Source: Waddliaceae bacterium
Lineage (GTDB): Bacteria; Chlamydiota; Chlamydiia; Chlamydiales; SLFE01
Direction: 5' to 3'
NCBI GenBank assembly: GCA_963771045.1
Contig: CAVYRW010000004.1
Coordinates: 288,001 to 352,000 of the forward strand
DNA: 64,000 nucleotides
A model generated the notes under the pieces. It saw only the letters and a list, made by a program, of their open reading frames with translations. It was not told the DNA's origin and ran no database searches. Positions 10,071 to 20,423 of this stretch are shown here, piece by piece. The stretch's first letter is position 1. Every line of letters begins with the position of its first letter. A program made the translations under genes and the position numbers.

Positions 10071-10171
10071 GTAAGATAGAAGAGCTTCATTTTACCCTCA
10101 AGGGAAGCTAAATTTCAAGCTGAAAATTCTTCTTTGAGATATGATAGATTTTTAAGAAACAGGATTCGTCG

Positions 10172-10999
10172 ATGGAGAATTTGAAAATTCAAGATTTTAC
10201 AATAGGGGAAGGATCGTCTCTCGCTGTGATCTCGGGGCCGTGCGTCATCGAGGGAGAAGAGGAGTGCTACAGCGCGGCCGCTTGTCTTAAGGGGATTTTT
10301 GACGGAAGCGGGGTGAATTTGATTTTTAAAGCCAGCTATGACAAGGCCAACCGCTCGTCGATCGGTTCTTATCGAGGTCCTGGTCTGGAAGAGGGGCTTA
10401 GGATTTTGGGAAGAATTAAAAATGAGCTCGGCCTTCCGATTGTTACGGATGTGCATACACCGGCCGAGGCAGAAGCGGCAGCCCAGGTTTGCGATATGCT
10501 GCAAATTCCAGCATTCCTTTGCCGGCAGACAGACCTAATTGTAGCGGCAGCAAAAACAAATAGGCCGTTGCAAATCAAAAAAGGGCAGTTTATGTCTCCC
10601 TGGGATATGAAAAACGCGGCCGATAAAGCGGCGAGCCAAAACAATCGGCAAATTATGCTGACCGACAGGGGCACAACATTCGGCTATAACAATCTGATCA
10701 GCGATATGCGGTCGATCCCAATTATGCAGCAGTTGGGTTTTCCCGTCTGTTTTGATGCGACCCACTCCGTTCAGCTGCCGGGAGGGCAAGGGGGTAGTTC
10801 GGGCGGTCAGAGAGAGTTTATTTTGACCTTGGCAAGAGCTGCGCTCGCTTCCGGGGCCAATGCCTTGTTTATGGAATCCCATCCCGATCCCGAAAAGGGA
10901 TTAAGCGACGCAGCTTCGATGCTGTCATTTGAACAATTGGAGCTGGCTCTCCCAAAGCTTCGCCGCCTCCATGAAAGAGTCCAAGAGGATTGGTTTTGA
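10172..10999 (+). CDS. kdsA: 3-deoxy-8-phosphooctulonate (KDO8P) synthase
   Basis: GPCVIE, KASYDKANRSS, QIPAFLCRQTDL, KKGQF, DATHSVQ. Confidence 0.95.
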   Translation: MENLKIQDFTIGEGSSLAVISGPCVIEGEEECYSAAACLKGIFDGSGVNLIFKASYDKANRSSIGSYRGPGLEEGLRILGRIKNELGLPIVTDVHTPAEAEAAAQVCDMLQIPAFLCRQTDLIVAAAKTNRPLQIKKGQFMSPWDMKNAADKAASQNNRQIMLTDRGTTFGYNNLISDMRSIPIMQQLGFPVCFDATHSVQLPGGQGGSSGGQREFILTLARAALASGANALFMESHPDPEKGLSDAASMLSFEQLELALPKLRRLHERVQEDWF

Positions 11000-11622
11000 T
11001 TCGGCCCTATGCTTTTGCTATTTTTGCTTCTCTTTTTGGCGCGCTCCTTCTTTTCATAGGCATTTCTGTTATTCCCACTGAATCTTCTCGAAACCGCTAT
11101 AGGTGGCTGATTCAACAAACAAAAGAAGAGACTGTAGAGGCTGCGACGCATAAGCAAAACCGCCAGGGCGTAAGAAAGGATCTTTTCGTCTCCCATCCGG
11201 ATCATAGACTGCAGGCAGTGCTGACTTGTCCGGTTTCCGAGCTGACTTTGACGTGCGACAAAGGCGAGGCCGAAGTTGTCGAAAACCTCAAAAAATTTCA
11301 GTGCCTGATGCAAGAAGAGTTGTACCGTGTCGATTCCGAGGGAGGGAAGATACCTTTAAGTATTACGGGAAAACCGATGCAGATTGTCCGGGATTTCAAC
11401 GCCCTTTCCGGCCAGTTTTACTATCAGAGGCAAAAATTGATGGCTGAAAGGGTTTTTGTCTCCCGCTATATCATTCCGGGGCACAGTTTTCCGGAATTGA
11501 TCAAGAATGCTCAGCCGACAATGAAAGGAGTAGCCGGAAGAACGGAGCTGAACTTTGGAAACGGATTTAAATTTAAGGCTGAAAATTTAAAAGCCACCTT
11601 TTTTTATCAAAACGAGATGTAA
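10990..11622 (+). CDS. membrane-anchored hypothetical protein, possible LptC-like
   Basis: N-terminal TM helix, beta-rich body; position in a kdsA-x-x-lptB cluster. Confidence 0.55.
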   Translation: MVLIRPYAFAIFASLFGALLLFIGISVIPTESSRNRYRWLIQQTKEETVEAATHKQNRQGVRKDLFVSHPDHRLQAVLTCPVSELTLTCDKGEAEVVENLKKFQCLMQEELYRVDSEGGKIPLSITGKPMQIVRDFNALSGQFYYQRQKLMAERVFVSRYIIPGHSFPELIKNAQPTMKGVAGRTELNFGNGFKFKAENLKATFFYQNEM

Positions 11623-12959
11623 TGAAATATTTTTTCTTGGTTTTTATTCTCTTTTCATCCCTTTCTGCGGATATGGCATCATTTACAGTGGATGCCAAAG
11701 AAATGGAGTACGACGATAAGACGCAAATGCTTAAGGCGCGCGATGTCGTCATTACTTTCAAAAATGGATCCAAGCTGTCAAGCCGGTCGGCTATGCTTGA
11801 CTTCGAATCCATGAAAGGGCTCATGTCGAGCGGCACTGGCGGCGAGCTTGTCGTCTATACCGGATTTTTCAAAAGCGATGGCAAGGCTAATCATCCTGTT
11901 GTTGTCAAAGGACGGAAAATGACAATCGAAATCTCCCAAAACAAAGAGGACCCTTCGCTCGAAATCATTCAGGTAACAGCGGAGCAGGACGTTGAGATCA
12001 ATTACGATTATGACTACACTGCCTATGGCGATTTGGCAACGTTTGTCAATGAGAAAACAGAAAATCGGGATTTTTTGGAGGCAACATCATCAGGGGTGCT
12101 TTCATTAGAAGGCGGCGTGTGCCGCATCGAACATCGAAACGGCGATATTATCGAAGCTGCCGGAATGTGGTTCCACCCGAAAGAAAATTTTATAGAAGGC
12201 CGGCAAGTGTCGGCTACCTTGACATCTCTCGGGCGATTTAGAGAGGTTGAGTTAAGGGCCGATGAGATGCACTGGGCTCCCAAAGAAGGTTATCTCTGTC
12301 TTCGCGGAGAATCGGATATTGTCGATCGGGAACTAGGCAGCATCAGCAATGTGGGGACGATGGAATGTTATCAGGATCAGTCATCCGGCAAGACATCTAT
12401 TCGAAAGGTTGTCGCCGTCGGAAAGACCCGTATCATTCATCTCGACCATCAGCATATCATCGGATGCCTTGGCGAATTGATCCTTGACAACGAAAATGAA
12501 ATTCTGACAATGAAAAGTCCCGGCAATAGACAGCAAGACCTGTCTCAGCAGGCGTTTTACGAAGACAGGATGGGGAAAATTTTCGCCGATGAATTTACAA
12601 TCAAGTATCATTTTCTCGAAGGGGCTATCCAGCCGCATGAAGTGATCATCGACGGCCGCGTCCGCATGCATAACCGTTATGTTTCCGATCCGGCGGTCCG
12701 CTCGTTTCTTGAGCAGTATGCCCTTGCAGACAAAGTTAAGTACAGCCCGAAAACAAAAGAGATGTATTGCACGGCTGCGAAAGGTAAACGTGTCCTATAT
12801 TACGATAAGACCCAAGGAATCCAGCTCAGCGCTCCCGGTCTGTTTGTTCATCGCAGACCCGATGAAGAGCTCGAAGTGCGGGGCAGAGGCAACGTTCGTT
12901 TAAAATTCACTCACAACGAAATCGACCTGATCGAACAATATTTTCCTTTTCTCTTTTAA
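11622..12959 (+). CDS. exported OstA/LptA-like beta-jellyroll protein (putative)
   Basis: signal peptide ending LSA; repeated 'AD.M.Y...G.V' strand motifs; position before lptB. Confidence 0.55.
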   Translation: MKYFFLVFILFSSLSADMASFTVDAKEMEYDDKTQMLKARDVVITFKNGSKLSSRSAMLDFESMKGLMSSGTGGELVVYTGFFKSDGKANHPVVVKGRKMTIEISQNKEDPSLEIIQVTAEQDVEINYDYDYTAYGDLATFVNEKTENRDFLEATSSGVLSLEGGVCRIEHRNGDIIEAAGMWFHPKENFIEGRQVSATLTSLGRFREVELRADEMHWAPKEGYLCLRGESDIVDRELGSISNVGTMECYQDQSSGKTSIRKVVAVGKTRIIHLDHQHIIGCLGELILDNENEILTMKSPGNRQQDLSQQAFYEDRMGKIFADEFTIKYHFLEGAIQPHEVIIDGRVRMHNRYVSDPAVRSFLEQYALADKVKYSPKTKEMYCTAAKGKRVLYYDKTQGIQLSAPGLFVHRRPDEELEVRGRGNVRLKFTHNEIDLIEQYFPFLF

Positions 12960-13016
12960 CCGTGATTGTGACCTAATCTGTAGCGCCCAGCCTCAGATTA
13001 GGTCACAATCACGGTT
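12958..13016. repeat. perfect 23-bp inverted repeat with 13-nt loop
   Basis: AACCGTGATTGTGACCTAATCTG / CAGATTAGGTCACAATCACGGTT. Confidence 0.9.
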
Positions 13017-13105
13017 TAAATCTTTCTTCCCAAAAAAAAGCAATTCGTGTAAAAACGTTTGTTAACTTGAGAAAAAAAAATGAATCAAACAGTTGGGAGG
13101 TATCT

Positions 13106-15247
13106 ATGGATGCGCCAAATAAGGTAAGAAATGACATACACAGTCAACTTAGTGATTGGTCCAGCTCTGAGGCTTCATCATCAAATAGACTTGTTGCCGT
13201 AAAAAAAGCACGTAGCAATTTGAAGTTAGGAGATCCTGTATATGAATATCCCGGCTCAAGACCAAGGCCAACACAAGCTGAAGAGTACAAGGAAAAACCC
13301 TCGCCAATTGAAAGTGAAGAAGAATCCTCGCCAAGGCAATGTAAAGAAAAGCAATCATCTAAGGACTCGTCACGCAAAAAATCAAGGAAAATACTTAAGT
13401 CGATTTCCAAGTCTGCCGGAGATGTTTTTGACTTTTTTAGCCGGGATACTTTATCTCCAAGAGGCTCCAAAGGGGGCCGCCTATCGCGATCAAGTTCCAA
13501 AAAATTCAAACGAAGCACCTCTGTTCCCAAGAACCTTTTAAAAGAAAATAGCGACTTTGATAAACAGTTAAAATTATTGCAGGCATCCCAAAGAGTCAGT
13601 TTGAAAAAGTTTTCTTTGGAATTTATTGAAGGGGAAATTTGGGACGCCGTGAAAAATGGATATAACGGAGAAAAGAGTTTCATTGCATGTATGAGTGAAT
13701 TATATGGCGCCAGAAGCAACAGTAGCAGAAATAAAGCTCCGAGTGTTGCCCAGGCAAGAGTTGAAGAAATGATAAGAGATGTGCAGTGTGATAAAGGATC
13801 GCTGAAATTTAAAGAATATACGTTAAATTATTTTAAATTAATTCAGGATGTGTTGGAAAATATTTCCTTCAAAGGAAAATACGAAATCTGGAAAGACGAC
13901 TTTTTGCAAGTCATATCGCAAATAGTAAAAGAATATAGCGGATCATCTCATGATGGAGATGAAAAAACAGGATTGCAGCAACTTCTTGAGCGAGTTCATG
14001 CCGAGGTCGAAGCTATGGGCCCTAAAGAACAGGAGATGATTCATTCTGTTTTTGGAGGCGCCGAAAATTTTGAAAACATGCTGGCGTACTTAGACGAACA
14101 AAAGTTGAATTTCTTGATCGGCACAATCCACCAAAAATCAAAAGATTTGGCTGAAGGGACAAAAAGTTTGGAGAAGTTAAATTCTTATGAATTGCAGCTG
14201 AAAAAAATCCTTCCCGCAAACGGGAAGGAGCTGTGGGAAATAGTTGACAAATCCATTAAAAGATCGTTATTTGTTGATAAACAACCTCTGATAGAAGAAT
14301 TTAAAATTAACAGTGAAGAAATTGAGATCCCTCAAGGCAATCTTCAGGATGAATCCAGTTTTTATCAATTTATCATTCAAGAACTTTTTCAGGCAGGATG
14401 GGAAAGTAGCCGCCAAGAAAAGTGTGCCGAAGAAGAAACAACAAATTTACTTGCCAAAAGTAAAGATATTAAGGCTTCTTCAGTGTTTCCGATATTGAGA
14501 AATTTTTCCATCAATACAAGATTGGAAGATTTTCAGCTATTTCAGAATAGGTGGCCTAGCATTAACCAATTTATGAAGGAAGAGTCCAGTCATAAAAAAG
14601 GCAGGTTTTTAAGTCGATCATCAAAAAAAGGATCCAAACGAAACTTGAATTTGTATCGAAGAACTTTGCAAGGGCCTGCGTATGGACAGACTGCTTGCAA
14701 ACAATCAAATGAGCAGGAATATTTGGATTGTAAAATGGACACTGAAGGCAGAGAGCCTATCAATATTCAGATACATTCCGATAGGCGGAGTTTTACTATC
14801 CAAAGGGCCTATAAAGTCAGCTTATGTCCGCTAATTGAAGGTATTAAAAGCCATCGAAAAGGCGACAGCTATGCTACTTTAACATGGGTAGTGACTTCGG
14901 AAGCAAAGGTATCCAAGGATGAAGTGGGAATCGTTAAAACCGAGGGGGTTTTTAAGGGGACAATTACGGAAGTTAAATTTGCCGATACCACTTCACTCGA
15001 AAAACGGTTGGAAATTATTGAAAAAATGACCCGTGATAATAAGGAGCATCCGGAAAATGAACAGCTGGCAAGTTTATATGAGAGGTCGGGAAATGTTGCT
15101 GTGCGGACGCGGAGTGATTCGACTATCGAACCTGTTGAGGAAGAGCAGTCTGACATAAAAGAGAAGAAAAAGGTTGCTCCCAAGGCAAGAAACTGGTTAA
15201 AGAAGAACAAAAGTAAAGAAAGGTGTGGATTGCAGACAGGAAATTGA
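13106..15247 (+). CDS. large Ser/Lys-rich hypothetical protein, candidate effector
   Basis: GGGAGG RBS before MDAPNK; low-complexity N-terminus; visibly more AT-rich than neighbours; stop overlaps lptB ATG. Confidence 0.75.
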   Translation: MDAPNKVRNDIHSQLSDWSSSEASSSNRLVAVKKARSNLKLGDPVYEYPGSRPRPTQAEEYKEKPSPIESEEESSPRQCKEKQSSKDSSRKKSRKILKSISKSAGDVFDFFSRDTLSPRGSKGGRLSRSSSKKFKRSTSVPKNLLKENSDFDKQLKLLQASQRVSLKKFSLEFIEGEIWDAVKNGYNGEKSFIACMSELYGARSNSSRNKAPSVAQARVEEMIRDVQCDKGSLKFKEYTLNYFKLIQDVLENISFKGKYEIWKDDFLQVISQIVKEYSGSSHDGDEKTGLQQLLERVHAEVEAMGPKEQEMIHSVFGGAENFENMLAYLDEQKLNFLIGTIHQKSKDLAEGTKSLEKLNSYELQLKKILPANGKELWEIVDKSIKRSLFVDKQPLIEEFKINSEEIEIPQGNLQDESSFYQFIIQELFQAGWESSRQEKCAEEETTNLLAKSKDIKASSVFPILRNFSINTRLEDFQLFQNRWPSINQFMKEESSHKKGRFLSRSSKKGSKRNLNLYRRTLQGPAYGQTACKQSNEQEYLDCKMDTEGREPINIQIHSDRRSFTIQRAYKVSLCPLIEGIKSHRKGDSYATLTWVVTSEAKVSKDEVGIVKTEGVFKGTITEVKFADTTSLEKRLEIIEKMTRDNKEHPENEQLASLYERSGNVAVRTRSDSTIEPVEEEQSDIKEKKKVAPKARNWLKKNKSKERCGLQTGN

Positions 15248-15993
15248 TGGCAGATCAAATCAAAAAGAAAGTTAAGTGCCTTGAAGTCCATGATTTAGAG
15301 AAGACTTACGGGGGGAGGAAGGTCGTCAATGGCCTTTCTTTTCATGTTGAACCCGGAGAGATTGTGGGGCTCTTGGGGCCGAACGGAGCGGGGAAAACCA
15401 CGGCTTTCTATATGACCGTAGGGCTAATTTCCCCCGATCGGGGCCAGGTCCTTTTCAATCAGAGGGATATCACTCGTTTTCCAATGCATATCAGAGCCCA
15501 AATGGGCATGGGGTATCTTGCTCAGGAGCCTTCTGTTTTCCGCAGCCTGACGGTAGAGGACAATATTCTTTGCATCCTTGAAAATTTGCATCTGACAAAG
15601 ATTCAGCGAAGGCAGAGGCTCGAGGAGCTTTTGTCTGAGCTTCATCTCGAGTCTCTTGCCAAGAAAAAGGCCGGAGCCTTGTCGGGAGGGGAAAGGCGGC
15701 GGCTTGAAATTACCAGGTCTCTGATTACAAATCCTTCCTTTCTCCTTCTTGATGAGCCATTTGCGAATATCGATCCCATTTCGGTTTACGAATTGAAGGG
15801 GATGATAGCCCATCTTTCTGAAAAAAAGATCAGCATTCTCATCACAGACCACAATGCCCGGGAGATCTTTTCCATCGTCCATCGCAGTTATCTTATACGG
15901 GACGGAAAGGTATTTCTCGCCGGGACAGTCGACGAGCTCATCAATGACGGAGAGGCGAGAAGAACCTATCTCGGCGAAAGCTTTCGGTTGTAA
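15247..15993 (+). CDS. lptB: LPS export ABC transporter ATPase LptB
   Basis: GPNGAGKTT, YLAQEPSVF, LSGGERRR, LLDEPF, ITDHN. Confidence 0.93.
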   Translation: MADQIKKKVKCLEVHDLEKTYGGRKVVNGLSFHVEPGEIVGLLGPNGAGKTTAFYMTVGLISPDRGQVLFNQRDITRFPMHIRAQMGMGYLAQEPSVFRSLTVEDNILCILENLHLTKIQRRQRLEELLSELHLESLAKKKAGALSGGERRRLEITRSLITNPSFLLLDEPFANIDPISVYELKGMIAHLSEKKISILITDHNAREIFSIVHRSYLIRDGKVFLAGTVDELINDGEARRTYLGESFRL

Positions 15994-16454
15994 ATCTCAT
16001 CAGGTTTGAAGAAAAAGTGAATCTCTTCTACAGCTGACATGGGGGAGTCCGAGCCATGAATGCTGTTCTCTCCGATGGATTTGCCAAATTTTGCGCGAAT
16101 CGTTCCTTCTTTAGCCTCTTTTGGATTTGTGGCTCCCATAATCTCCCGGTTTTTCATCACGGCATTATCCCCTTCAAGGACAACGGCGACAATGGGGCCG
16201 GAAGACATGAACTTGGTGAGCTCGGTAAAAAAAGGCTTCTCTTTATGGATGTGGTAAAAGCAGCCGGCATCTTCTGGGGAGACTTTTGTCATCTTTAAGG
16301 CGGCGATACTGAGTCCGTTTTTTTCGTAAATGTCAAGGATTTCACCGATATGATGCGCTTTAACGGCATTTGGTTTGATGATGGCAAGAGTTTGCTCTGC
16401 TGCAAGACCGAAGCTGCAACTGAGAAAAACGATAAGGCATGATAAGTATTTCAT
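15966..16454 (-). CDS. ndk: nucleoside diphosphate kinase with N-terminal signal peptide (second copy)
   Basis: [19 protein letters not shown] leader, then [28 protein letters not shown] catalytic His. Confidence 0.9.
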   Translation of the reverse strand: MKYLSCLIVFLSCSFGLAAEQTLAIIKPNAVKAHHIGEILDIYEKNGLSIAALKMTKVSPEDAGCFYHIHKEKPFFTELTKFMSSGPIVAVVLEGDNAVMKNREIMGATNPKEAKEGTIRAKFGKSIGENSIHGSDSPMSAVEEIHFFFKPDEIYNRKLSPR

Positions 16455-16882
16455 CTGGTTCTCTCCAGAATTTCTTTAGGGCCGAAGAAGTAGCTGATTT
16501 CAAATTTGGCTGTTTCGGGAGCGTCGGAACCGTGTACAGCGTTTTCATCGATCGTTTTGGCAAAATCCGCGCGGATTGTGCCGGGAGCGGCATCTTGGGG
16601 ATTGGTAGCTCCCATGACATCGCGGTTTTTTAAGATGGCGTTGTCCCCTTCAAGAGCCATGATCAATACGGGTCCGGAAATCATGAAGTCGACGAGATCT
16701 TTGAAAAAAACGCGCTCTTTATGAACGGCATAAAAGCCCTCGGCCTCTTCTCGGGACAGGTGTTTCATTTTTGCCGCAATCACCTTGAGCCCTGCTTTTT
16801 CCAGACGGTCGATGATAGCGCCGATGTGGTTTTTGCTGACCGCGTCGGGTTTAATAATAGAAAGAGTCTGTTCTTTTGCCAT
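16451..16882 (-). CDS. ndk: nucleoside diphosphate kinase (cytoplasmic)
   Basis: [38 protein letters not shown]. Confidence 0.95.
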   Translation of the reverse strand: MAKEQTLSIIKPDAVSKNHIGAIIDRLEKAGLKVIAAKMKHLSREEAEGFYAVHKERVFFKDLVDFMISGPVLIMALEGDNAILKNRDVMGATNPQDAAPGTIRADFAKTIDENAVHGSDAPETAKFEISYFFGPKEILERTR

Positions 16883-17022
16883 AATTACCTCAGTTTTTGA
16901 TTGGAGATATACATGATATCCCGATAAAAACTTTATTGTCAATTGCCTGTTTTCTATTGAGTTCTCGAGGGAAATTTGCTAATCTGTACATGTTGAACCC
17001 TTGACAAAGATCCATTTGATAT

Positions 17023-19422
17023 ATGAAAATTCCTCTTTCCTGGTTAAAAAAATATATTGACATCCAGTACAGCCCGACTGAGATTGCCGACTTTCTCACA
17101 ATGATCGGGCTGGAAGTTGAGGCTATTGAGAGCTTTTCCCCGGCATTCGACAATGTTGTCATTGGGGAAGTGGTCCGGTGTGAAAAACATCCCGATGCCG
17201 ATAATTTACAAGTCGCTTCCGTGACCGACGGGGAGGAGGTTTACCAGGTCGTCTGCGGCGCCCCGAACTGCCGGAAAGGGCTCAAGACTGCCTTCTGCAG
17301 GGTCGGCGGCTCCATACAGGAAGAGGATGGAAAAGTTTTTAAAATCAAAAAGGCTAAAATCCGGGGCGTTGAGTCTTTCGGCATGCTTTGTTCAGAAAAG
17401 GAGCTTAGGTTCTCGGATGAACATGTGGGAATTTTGGAGCTGCCCGGCGAGGCGAAATTGGGCACCGACCTTAAGGAACTGTATGAAGAAGATGTTTTGG
17501 AAGTTTCTCTGACTCCCAACCTCGGCCACGCGGCCAGCCTTTTAGGGGTCGCAAGAGAACTGTCGGCCGTGCTTGGCATTCCTTATAGGCGTCCAAAACC
17601 GGCACTGGCTGAAGAAGATCAGAAAGTCACAGACGCTGTCACTGCCAAGGTTCATGACTACGTCAAGTGCCCCCGCTACGCCTGCAGGGTCGTCAAAAAT
17701 GTCAAAGTAGGGCCTTCGCCCCTATGGCTTCAGCAGGCTTTAAGCAAAGTCGGCATCGGTTCGGTTAACAATATTGTCGATGTTACCAACTATGTTTTGA
17801 TGGAAACGGGCCACCCTCTCCATGCGTTCGATTATGACAAAATCGAGGGTGGCAGCATTCATGTCAGAGCTGCCAAAGACGGCGAAGTGATCAAAACTCT
17901 GGATGAAAAGAGCCGGACACTGCAGGAGGGATTTTTGATCATTTGCGACGCGTCTCATCCGGTGGCCCTTGCCGGAGTGATGGGAGGCCTCGATACGGAA
18001 GTGTCCGATAAAACAGAGAATGTGCTGATCGAGTCCGCCGCTTTCGAGCCGGGTATTATCAGAAAAGCGAGCAAACATTATGGGTTGATTTCAGAAGCTT
18101 CCAAAAGATTCGAGCGGGGATGCGATCCGAACAATGTTATTTTCGCTTTGGATAGAGCCGCTGCCCTCATGCAGCAACTGTCAGAAGGGAAAGTGCTGAA
18201 AGGTGTTGTCGACGTTAAAAAAACAGAGTTCCATCCTAAAAAAATTCTCTGCCGCGTTACGAAGACCAATGAAATATTGGGAACAAAGTTAAGTTCGGGC
18301 GAGGTGGAAGACGTGTTTAAAAGGCTCGGGTTTCCTGCCGGGTGGAAAGATTCCGACACATTGGAAGTCGAAGTTCCTACATACCGCGTTGATGTTTTCG
18401 GAGAAATTGATTTAATTGAAGAAGCGGCCAGGATCTATGGGTATGACAACATTCCGAAAAGGCTTGCCGCCTACACGGGATCGAAAACTCCCCATTCTCC
18501 GATTTTCCTCTTTGAAAGGAAAGCGAGGGAAAGGCTCATTGCCGAGGGGCTGCAGGAAATCCTCACTTGCGATTTGATTAGTCCCGAGCAGGTGAAGCTG
18601 ATTCAGGACGGAGCCATTTCTGAAGATTTAGTGATCCATGTCAAAAATCCATCTTCATTGGACCAATCTGTTTTGCGGCCTTCTCTGATGCCCGGAATGC
18701 TTCAAGTGATCAAGTACAATCAGGACCGGCAGATCTCTCATCTATCCGCTTGTGAAATCGGGCGGGTGCATTTTCAGGAAGAAGGGCAATATAAAGAGCA
18801 GTCTGCCCTTGGCATCATTTTGACCGGCAGCGTGCGCCCCCTCCATTATGAAGAAAAGGCAAGAGATGTTGATTTTTACGATTTGAAAGGGATTTTGGAG
18901 AATGTCATCAGGTCCTTGTCGGTAAACGGTATTGAATTCAAAAGAAGCAGCTTGAAAATATTTCATCCCGGAAGGCAGGCTTCGGTGAACGTCCAGGACA
19001 TGACCATTGCGACGCTGGGCGAGCTTCATCCGCGGGTGGTGAGGGAAGTTGGCATCTCGCAAAAAGTTTATTACGCGGAATTCAACCTTCACGATCTTCT
19101 TCAAGTGAAGGAAGAGAGCCGCAAAATGGTCGAGCTGCCCCTCTATCCTTCTTCAGCGAGGGATTGGACCATTACCATGGTCGAAGACGAGCCTGTGGAC
19201 AGCGTTTTCAAAGCCATTTGGAATCTTCAGTCGGATTTGCTCGAAGAGATATCTCTTCTCGACATGTTCCGAAGCGATCGGATTGGCGATGAACATAAGA
19301 ACGCGACTTTCCGGTTTGTTTATCGCGCCAAGGATAAAACAGTATCCCAGCAGGATGTCGACCAGGAACATTCGCGTCTGACAGAGGAAACATTAAAATT
19401 ATTAGGCAAATCAGTCATTTAA
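17023..19422 (+). CDS. pheT: phenylalanine--tRNA ligase beta subunit
   Basis: MKIPLSWL, HPDADNL, VCGAPN, IRGVESFGM, RFERG, DLIEEAARIYGY. Confidence 0.95.
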   Translation: MKIPLSWLKKYIDIQYSPTEIADFLTMIGLEVEAIESFSPAFDNVVIGEVVRCEKHPDADNLQVASVTDGEEVYQVVCGAPNCRKGLKTAFCRVGGSIQEEDGKVFKIKKAKIRGVESFGMLCSEKELRFSDEHVGILELPGEAKLGTDLKELYEEDVLEVSLTPNLGHAASLLGVARELSAVLGIPYRRPKPALAEEDQKVTDAVTAKVHDYVKCPRYACRVVKNVKVGPSPLWLQQALSKVGIGSVNNIVDVTNYVLMETGHPLHAFDYDKIEGGSIHVRAAKDGEVIKTLDEKSRTLQEGFLIICDASHPVALAGVMGGLDTEVSDKTENVLIESAAFEPGIIRKASKHYGLISEASKRFERGCDPNNVIFALDRAAALMQQLSEGKVLKGVVDVKKTEFHPKKILCRVTKTNEILGTKLSSGEVEDVFKRLGFPAGWKDSDTLEVEVPTYRVDVFGEIDLIEEAARIYGYDNIPKRLAAYTGSKTPHSPIFLFERKARERLIAEGLQEILTCDLISPEQVKLIQDGAISEDLVIHVKNPSSLDQSVLRPSLMPGMLQVIKYNQDRQISHLSACEIGRVHFQEEGQYKEQSALGIILTGSVRPLHYEEKARDVDFYDLKGILENVIRSLSVNGIEFKRSSLKIFHPGRQASVNVQDMTIATLGELHPRVVREVGISQKVYYAEFNLHDLLQVKEESRKMVELPLYPSSARDWTITMVEDEPVDSVFKAIWNLQSDLLEEISLLDMFRSDRIGDEHKNATFRFVYRAKDKTVSQQDVDQEHSRLTEETLKLLGKSVI

Positions 19423-19435
19423 TTTGGGGGAAAGA

Positions 19436-20392
19436 ATGAGAAAACTCAAAATATTTACAGCAGCGTTAGTTGCCGTTTCGCTCACCTCGTGCGCAAATTC
19501 GGGGCAAGGCAGAATTGTCAAGCAAAAGTATGTCCACAAATATGGAATTGAAGTGCCGTCCGAAGACTGGTCTTCGCGAGGGGAAGACGGGCAGGTGATC
19601 ACGACGCTTGCCGACGGCGTGACTGTCACAAATCAATACGCCCGGGGCAGTCTTCATGGGAAGACAACATATACTTTTCCTTACAGCGACACTATTGAAC
19701 GAGTGGAAGTTTATGATAACAGCCGGCTTGTCAAAGAAATCGTCAATAACGAAAACGGATGGCCCCAAAAAGAGATCGGATATCTTTCCGGTAATCGCAA
19801 AGAAGTGACAAAATGGTTTGAAAGCTCCTCGCCGCAAAGTGTCGAGACTTATGAAGGAAAGCGTCTGACGACAGGGGAGTATTACACCCCGTCCAATCAA
19901 CTCGAATCCAGAGTCGACAATGGCGAAGGGCTTCGCATTGTTCGCGATTTTTACGGAACGCATCTTTATAATGAGCAGATTGCCGGCGGTTTTGCCGCTC
20001 TTAGCCTAACGTATCATCCCAATGGCGTTCTGAAAAGTGAAACGCCTTACGTTCGCGGAGCGATCGAGGGAACCAGGCAAACTTATATGCCATCCGGAGA
20101 GCCTCAAACGGCTGAAAGCTGGATTGGGGGAAAGCAGCACGGACTGACCGTGATTTATAAGAACGGCATGGTTTGGCGGGAGATCCCTTATGTCGACGGG
20201 CAAAAGGAAGGGATTGAAAAAGTGTATCGAAACGGCAAAAGCATTGTTGAAGAGATCACCTGGTTTGAGGGAAAAAAACATGGCCCCCACCGCAAGTATA
20301 TTGAAAACGTGGTCAAAACCGATTGGTTTTACAAGGACGGCGCCATGCCCCGCCCCAAGAAAGATCAATATATCTCCCAGGATAATTATTAA
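19436..20392 (+). CDS. lipoprotein with MORN-variant (YwqK-like) repeats
   Basis: lipobox LTSC; repeats such as YHPNGVLKSETPY and G.KHG. Confidence 0.75.
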   Translation: MRKLKIFTAALVAVSLTSCANSGQGRIVKQKYVHKYGIEVPSEDWSSRGEDGQVITTLADGVTVTNQYARGSLHGKTTYTFPYSDTIERVEVYDNSRLVKEIVNNENGWPQKEIGYLSGNRKEVTKWFESSSPQSVETYEGKRLTTGEYYTPSNQLESRVDNGEGLRIVRDFYGTHLYNEQIAGGFAALSLTYHPNGVLKSETPYVRGAIEGTRQTYMPSGEPQTAESWIGGKQHGLTVIYKNGMVWREIPYVDGQKEGIEKVYRNGKSIVEEITWFEGKKHGPHRKYIENVVKTDWFYKDGAMPRPKKDQYISQDNY

Positions 20393-20396
20393 TTTT

Positions 20397-20423
20397 TTGA
20401 GGGAATTGATGAAGTTCCCTCAA
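20397..20423. terminator. hairpin between convergent units
   Basis: TTGAGGGAA-9 nt-TTCCCTCAA. Confidence 0.5.

Noticed and set aside
19436..20392. YwqK toxin-antitoxin system
   Set aside because: Only MORN-like repeats in a lipoprotein; no adjacent toxin gene.
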